60,365 nucleotides of DNA from Trichoplax sp. H2 (taxonomy: Eukaryota), in assembly GCA_003344405.1 (NCBI GenBank), contig NOWV01000213.1:62001-122365 (forward strand), in the 5' to 3' direction. A program made the translations under genes and the position numbers. Positions 53,451 to 60,365 of this stretch are shown in pieces. How positions within the stretch are numbered: position 1 is the stretch's first letter; each line of letters opens with the position of its first letter. Under the pieces are notes generated by a model that was not told the origin of the DNA, did not search any database, and saw only the letters and a program-made list of their open reading frames with translations.

Positions 53451-54035
53451 TTTAATTCACTCTTATAATCTAAAGTAAGCGTAAAAACAATTTTTGATGT
53501 TAGATTCAAGATGAAGGATATCTATTTAATTTCTTTAGATAAAACTGATAGTTCAATTGCAATGCATTGTGTAGCCTGTAAACATTATAAAATATTACTG
53601 ATAACCTATTAGACCCAACGGATAAGCTCTTTACGAGTAGAAAATAACGTAAATACAATCTAATTGACTCCTAAATTGAATACACCAGTCTATTTCTTTT
53701 CCTTATCGCGGAAAAAATAATTTTGCGATCGAAGACAATCAGACTTTAGCTTGAGCAATGATTGAAGGCTCACGTAATAAAGAAATATAAACTATTGATG
53801 GTACAAATGGACTAAAATCTCAATTACTTTACTCTAGTTGCATTACCGTCTTGAAATGACGTTACTTATTGATTGTATAAGGACTCGAAATCAGTTCAAT
53901 ACTGTAGAGGTTCAAGATACCGCGTTAGTCCTGACAAAATAAATTTAGTTCTATAATCATGTCAATAATGCCTATATTTATACTCTTGTATAGCTATTAG
54001 AAAGGGTAGAGTTGCTACAAATTCTAGTGCTGTTG

Positions 54036-54529
54036 TGTTACGAAGCAAAGTAACGTACATGTTAATTAAGTAGATTTCGCTATGTTACTAATGGCAATTT
54101 AGTACCCTTCGCGAAGTGCGAGTAACGTGCGATTAGCTTGCTGAGTCTTATTCGCTTTATTCGCTAGTTATTGATTATTGCCAATTAAAGCCGTTTACTA
54201 GTTGTATCCATAGTTAACTTTATAGTTTATTGAGGGTTGTTTCCCAGTATGAACCATGTAAATGGTATTTTGCTAAATTAGTATGTGTGCACCATAAGTT
54301 TTGTGGTAAGGTATAAATGGAAGAGCGAATGCTCAGCTCCTCAGTTCGTGATTTAATAGCGTTTAGGCTACTCTATTAATTAAACTGTACTAAACTCTTA
54401 GAACAGTCTTATCCCTGTATGACCGTAAGTAGTATAGGACTACCGCACATCAGACCTTCAGGTGTAGTGGAGATAGAAATAAGTAATCTATTAGTTTCGG
54501 GTAATAGTTCGCAAGTTAAGTTTATAACA
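54036..54529 (+). mobile_element. Probable older solo LTR (~494 bp)
   Basis: TGTTA...TAACA inverted termini, with internal TATAAAT (~54313) followed by ATTAAA (~54379). Flanks ctgttg/atcttg match at 4 of 6 positions (degenerate TSD). Confidence 0.42.
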
Positions 54530-57497
54530 ATCTTGTAAAAAATTTAAACATTTAATAGAATGCTGATTTATCCTCGTGTAAGTACTGTGAGTGGCATGTG
54601 CTATACAAATAATTTATATAAGTTTGTGACATGTTGTTACATGAAATTGTCGAGATTTAAAGCTATGGTTTGAGCTTTAGTAAGACGATTATTTTTACCA
54701 TGACCAGTTGCTGATTTTTTGCGTTCATTTATTATCAGCATGACTAATCCGAAGAAAATTCGGTTAAGGTTCATCATAACTTACGCGCTTGTTATATTAA
54801 CAAGGTGCTTTCGTTACATAGTGAATTATTTTGTCGACTGATATTTACTTTATATTCTATGATTAATAATTTTATATTAATGAAACTATACGGTGTTAAG
54901 ATCCTTTAGTCATGGAAATTGTCAAAATAGTAAATAGGTTAAATCAAATAAATAGCTTTGTTTCAGGCTATTATTTTATTTGATAGTAGAGAAAACTTAC
55001 TAGGATTAGCATATTCATGACTAGCTACTACAAATTCTATATAAAATTCTTAAAATTTGCAAGTAATGCATCGATTTTTCACAAAGGAATGACGTGATGA
55101 TACAATTAAAAACTGCTTTTAAAGTTAAGAACTTTATACTGGAAGAAGCGCTATTTTACCAAATTAATTAACTATCATGATATCAGCTACAGAGATGGAA
55201 AGGTATATGGTTATGTAGACTTATAAAGTTACAAGCAAACCCAAGAGCACATTCAAGTATCATAAGCCAAGACAAAAATATTATTACACCAGCATATTCT
55301 AATGCAAAACATTTATAGTTTATTAAATTTTAACTCAAAATTGCTGGGAGTCCGACCGTTGAAGTGCGATATTGTTTTAAAATAGGTTGGCTTTAGGCAA
55401 ATTAATTTATTGTACCGAAAGAGACATTTCGTTGATTGATAGAAAATTTAAGATTATGAGTAAATGAGATTCCGATGGGTTTCCTTAATTTTTCGAAGGG
55501 CTGGACATTGATGGGTGGGGATGATATTGTTCTGCATAGCTACCGTAGGTAACAGATTATGAATAATAGGCACAAAATTTCTCTCAATGACTGAGTACTT
55601 TAGGAATGACAACTATTCATATTATATATATTAGCAAAAGCGAATTCATTTGAGAATTGTAGATTTAAACCGTTACAAATTCATGTTTACTTGCCAACCT
55701 AGATATACTCTGCATACTTTAAACAGATCTATTTGCAATTTTTTAAATCTTTTTCAGCTTTGAAACATTCTATATCGACTTTGTTCAGATTTCTGTACCC
55801 AGGCAGAGACTACATTATGTTTGATAATTCAAATCATTTCGCATTTGACGCATAATTTTTTCTGTTATAGAGTTAACAGAAAAAGGTGTCCTATAATAAG
55901 ATAGATTCGTGATCTTTCTTACGCATATTTTCTGTCATTCAGATTTATTTCAACAAGCATAATGTTGGAAGTTTACGACATTTGGTTAATTCATTAATTA
56001 ACCATCAATTATGAATATTTATATTAGTGTATTAGTGATTAGAATTAATTACTAGTATCCATTGCATAATAGGCGGTAGGAGAGGATTAGATATACTGTT
56101 CAGAAGCATGAGGTTTACTATTCATGTTTTCTGAACTAAGATGTTGTTAGCGAATACCACGCCTTATTAAATAAGCAAATAAATGATTATAAAACGCGAG
56201 TATTAAATAATTGTCTTTATTTATGCCAATATTATGATGAAATGGTTCCTTCATTATTCTCCTTCATAAGTCCATGAATCTAGTAATCAAACAGCATCGT
56301 GCTCAATAACCTTCTACTCGATGTACAACTTAGCATTTATGAAATAATGTCTCGTAAATCAAAGTTGAGACAAAAAGTTTTCTGCAAGACTGCAGCTAAG
56401 GAATTATCTGCTGATCTGTTCGAATGTTATTGTTTAATATACGGTCTCAATGATTAGCCATTAGCTCAAAATAAATCCTATTAACTCTCTAATAAAATTT
56501 AAGCGTGGCGAAATTACTATTACTATCGAAGCATTTTATGCAGATAGGTCCGCAAACTTAAGGGAAATTTTAGACTGTGGACGTAGATATTAAATGAGAG
56601 AAAGTAAAATTGAAAATTAAACCGTCTTAATAGACCTTTTTATATTTGAAGATTCGCTTTTCATGTACAGTAATTTATAACTAGAGTATTAAATATTTCA
56701 TTCGTTTCGCAAAATATACGTTTGAATAGTTCTGATCATCTTGTAAAGAATTGAATTCTTAGAAAAGATTACTTTCGGTTAATTGTGCCGCATTAATTGT
56801 CTAGAGTGTACATAGTTTAAGGATCGTTTACTTCTCGCTACTACTTTACAAAATTGGAATGTTATGTATGTAGGTGGACTTTAATAAGTTAGTAATCTGT
56901 CGATTTTCAACTATTGGTAATCGTTGCGACTTCTAGATCAAAAAGTAGATGTGACAGTTCCTAAATAAAATTGAGGAATAGTCAATATCAGCATTATACC
57001 GTGGACTAGCTAGGGGTCTCAGGGAAGACTTTTGATGTTGGCTTTGAAATTTATTGAAATAGGAAATATATTTTTTAGTCAGAATGAAAATGGGTTGCTA
57101 TCGAAGTAATTTTTCTTTAGAATCAATTCTGTTTAGAAATGGTAAACTTTAACTTTAATCTAGAAATTGATAGTTCCACTTATTTAGTAGCAATTTAAAG
57201 CCTTGATTAACTTCCAGTGCTCAATTAGCCTTAATTATTGGTTATATGTTGCGTCTGGAATTTAAATCAAAACGGTAATACAGTAAGCTACAAACATAAT
57301 TCAAAAGTTCGAAACTAAAAATTGCAACCAGTTTCAATATTTGAAATGATTCGCAATCTGCAATAAATCGCAATCAAATTCTATTTTTAATGAATGTCAG
57401 ATTGCTTAATTTGTTTTAGAACGCTCCATAGACATCATAAAAGTAGTAATTAAAACTTAAAGGGTATAAAACGGATTCCAACTGACTTAATAGTATA

Positions 57498-60365
57498 ATG
57501 ATATTTATAATTGCCTTACAGATTTTCTTCCTGAGCTTTGGCGTACCAAGTTCTGCCGATGTCACTTTTACTCTTACTGATTTATCAACAATAACTGAAT
57601 ATGTAAGAGAAGTTAACAATAGTCCAAATGGAAAGCTATCATCTATTTCGACATTTGCTACTTTAACACCTAGTAGATATTCCAATCATGATAGACTAGC
57701 AAGCCAATTTGATCCATCTGTAAACTTTGGAAATAGCTTATTACCGTCTGAAACATCAGATGATTATTTTCAAACTTCTAATGAACAATCTAATATTGAT
57801 GTATTGGCGTCATTGCAGTATGATGTTTCTAGTTTCTGGATAGCTAGTAATGTTCAAGCTGAAGTATCATCCATTATTGGTAGCAGTGCAGTGATAAATA
57901 GTTATGATTTGACTATGATAAACTCACAGGATTTTACAACGATAATCGCCGATTACCAGGAATTCGAAAGCATTAGTCATACTGATGATTCTGTTCAAGC
58001 CACCATTATTGCTGTCCAAACGGAATCAATGATTTCATCGAATGATTCACCAATTATGTTATCATATGAAAGCCAAGACAGTCTAACTGGAAATGGTTTA
58101 TCTTCCTCTAGTCCACTAGATATTGCGACAACAACCGGTCTTCAAATATCTCAGTCGGAGCATCTATCACTAATAACGATGACTGAATTAAGCAAAGTTT
58201 CTTTAAATTTGCAATCTTTGACATATTTGTCGACAGATACTACAATAATTAATTCCAACCAACTGGTTTCATCATTAACAGATACTGATAACTTTTTATC
58301 GTCATTTTCCCTTTCAAGGCCAATGTCTAGTAAATTATTGATATCCTCTGATACTTTAATGACACTATTAGATAACGTCAGTTTCGAATCGAAGCATTTA
58401 AGCTCTACTTTTGAATATTTATCTTCATTCTTTACTTCTGGAATACCTGATATATCATCAATATCTTTGGATACATCAGCTAGAATATCTGAGATATCAG
58501 ACTCTAATTCCTTACAAGGTTGGATATCTGATAATGGATTTAAAACAACAAATGAATTGATGTATTCTTCTCGCATATCAACAATTAGCCTCCAATCAGT
58601 TGGCAATCCTCCCAGTTATTTATCATCGGCTAAAGATTTGCATACATTCAACTTCGATAATTTGCTCTCTACAATAACAGACTTGAGCAGTATAGCAAAT
58701 ATTCTACCAGTCCAGTCATCAGATATATTTGAGACAATGCAAACTACCGATACTGCGATAGCATCAACCATAAGATTAGCCTCCCTTGATGATTTCACAA
58801 ACTCTTCAACAGCGAAGTATTCGTCCGAAGAAATTTCCTTTGCTTCAGTTTCGAAGGTATCATCGGTAGTTTCTCTCATAATATCTGATGCGTCTGACAA
58901 TTCTGTGGACTATTCGACCACTTCTATAATTTCAATGCTTGAATATCAATCACCTGGAAACCCTACCAATGTTTTATCATCGGTTCAGGAGATACAAATG
59001 TCGAACTCGGATATGGTGCTTTCAACAATAACTGGTTCAATTACAATATCGAAACTTTTACCACTTTATTCATCAAAAATGGATGAGACATTGCAAGCTA
59101 CTGCTTTACTGTCCAGTAACAAGCTTAAATCTGTCGATAATGACAAAGGTACAACAATGACTAATCAGTTATTCTATTTAACTACATTAATAACTGCTGA
59201 TATTCTATCTGGCAGCGCTTTTAAGGATGATTTATCGACTACTGTTTATGGTATCCAGACATCAGGTTCGATTGATTTATTATCAACAAGAATAGATTCC
59301 AGTAAAGCATCGCAAATTTTACTACATCAATCGTCGGATATAGTTGAGACATCGCATACTATTAATCCATCATCAAATTTGGCAAAAACCTCTGTTGACA
59401 ACTCTATCATATCTACAGAAACGTATCTATCGGAAGAGGCTATTTCTACTGCTATATTTGGTATTGTATCCGAGATATCTTATGCTCCTGAATTAAACTT
59501 GACATTCAATTACAAAAGTACACTAACTTATCAGTTATTCCATTTAACTTCATTAACGACTGTTGACGCTCTATCTAGCAACGCTTTCAAAGATGATTTA
59601 TCGACTACTGCTTATGAAATTCACACATTGAGTTCGGATATTTTGCAATCAACAATTACAAATTCAAGTATAGTATTGCAAATGCTACCTCTTCAATCAT
59701 CGGAATCGGGTTCGGATAGTTTACCATCGACAATAATAGATTCAAGTATAATATCGCAAGCTCCATCGTTTCAATCATCGGATATAACAGAGACGTCACA
59801 AGCTATTAGCAGCTTATTATCAAATCTAGGTATAAATTCTGTTCAGAATTCTATAAGCTCTACAGAAAAGTATTTATCAGACGAAGTATTTTCTACTCTA
59901 ATAAATAATATAGTTTCGGATGTATCTGATACTTTTGAAACTAACTTATTATCCGACTACGAAAGTACGACAGCTGATCGCTTATCCTATTCAAGTCGTC
60001 TAGAGACTCGTGGCTATCTATCTACAAGCGCTTTTGACGATGATATATCTTTTACTACAAATGATATCAAAACACTGGACTCCAATAACTTACTATCGAC
60101 AATAACAGATTCAAGTACAGTATCGCAATTTATACCATTGCAATCAACAGATATAGCTGAAACGTTACAAGCTACAGACAGTATATTATCAAGCTTAGAG
60201 AAAGCGTCTGTTGAGAACTCTATAATATCTACAGAAACATATCTGACGGACGAGCTAGCTTCTACTCTAATATATGATATAGATTCGGATATATCTGATA
60301 CTTCTGGAATAAATCTGTTATCTGATTACAAAAGTACAATAGCCGATCCGCTATTCTATCGTACT
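57498..60365 (+). CDS. Secreted Ser/Thr-rich mucin-like protein with ~122-aa degenerate tandem repeats (3' partial, at least 956 aa)
   Basis: I read the frame codon by codon from ATG 57498 to the window end without a stop. The N-terminus MIFIIALQIFFLSFGVPSSA|DVTF is signal-peptide-like, though a phase-0 acceptor at 57521 allows an upstream exon instead. Repeats: 'AFKDDLSTT' at 59217 and 59583, 'AFDDDISFT' at 60030, and 'STE(T/K)YL' three times. Confidence 0.85.
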   Translation, partial: MIFIIALQIFFLSFGVPSSADVTFTLTDLSTITEYVREVNNSPNGKLSSISTFATLTPSRYSNHDRLASQFDPSVNFGNSLLPSETSDDYFQTSNEQSNIDVLASLQYDVSSFWIASNVQAEVSSIIGSSAVINSYDLTMINSQDFTTIIADYQEFESISHTDDSVQATIIAVQTESMISSNDSPIMLSYESQDSLTGNGLSSSSPLDIATTTGLQISQSEHLSLITMTELSKVSLNLQSLTYLSTDTTIINSNQLVSSLTDTDNFLSSFSLSRPMSSKLLISSDTLMTLLDNVSFESKHLSSTFEYLSSFFTSGIPDISSISLDTSARISEISDSNSLQGWISDNGFKTTNELMYSSRISTISLQSVGNPPSYLSSAKDLHTFNFDNLLSTITDLSSIANILPVQSSDIFETMQTTDTAIASTIRLASLDDFTNSSTAKYSSEEISFASVSKVSSVVSLIISDASDNSVDYSTTSIISMLEYQSPGNPTNVLSSVQEIQMSNSDMVLSTITGSITISKLLPLYSSKMDETLQATALLSSNKLKSVDNDKGTTMTNQLFYLTTLITADILSGSAFKDDLSTTVYGIQTSGSIDLLSTRIDSSKASQILLHQSSDIVETSHTINPSSNLAKTSVDNSIISTETYLSEEAISTAIFGIVSEISYAPELNLTFNYKSTLTYQLFHLTSLTTVDALSSNAFKDDLSTTAYEIHTLSSDILQSTITNSSIVLQMLPLQSSESGSDSLPSTIIDSSIISQAPSFQSSDITETSQAISSLLSNLGINSVQNSISSTEKYLSDEVFSTLINNIVSDVSDTFETNLLSDYESTTADRLSYSSRLETRGYLSTSAFDDDISFTTNDIKTLDSNNLLSTITDSSTVSQFIPLQSTDIAETLQATDSILSSLEKASVENSIISTETYLTDELASTLIYDIDSDISDTSGINLLSDYKSTIADPLFYRT

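Noticed and set aside
57416..58900. Minus-strand ORFs 57416-57685, 58151-58606 and 58616-58900
   Set aside because: They are antisense shadows of the long plus-strand Ser/Thr-rich ORF.

Overview
AT-rich eukaryotic (animal) genomic DNA with short GT-AG introns; no prokaryotic operon, CRISPR array or RNA gene was found. Base composition, compact introns and 42-aa kinesin-light-chain-type TPR arrays suggest a placozoan (Trichoplax-like) genome, which is an inference. I spliced five related genes by hand (working labels A-E) that form a death-fold signalling cluster. A (-) and D (+) are paralogous, with a polar N-terminus followed by CARD-like, ZU5-like and UPA-like domains. B (-) and C (+) are paralogous TPR-linker-UPA-like genes without ZU5; C ends in a CARD. 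E (+) is a ~2017-aa TPR-array-ZU5-UPA-Death-domain protein, like PIDD1 with TPRs in place of LRRs. A-B and C-D form a near mirror-image duplication centred at ~16.5 kb. All five share one intron-phase signature after the UPA exon. All three ZU5 domains lack the HF(S/T) autoproteolysis nucleophile. Further right, on the minus strand, are two decayed CARDs, a decayed TPR exon and probable remains of a NACHT NTPase; solo LTRs lie in the same region. The window ends in a secreted Ser/Thr-rich repeat protein ORF that the ORF track misses. Domain calls come from motif reading by eye, not HMM searches.
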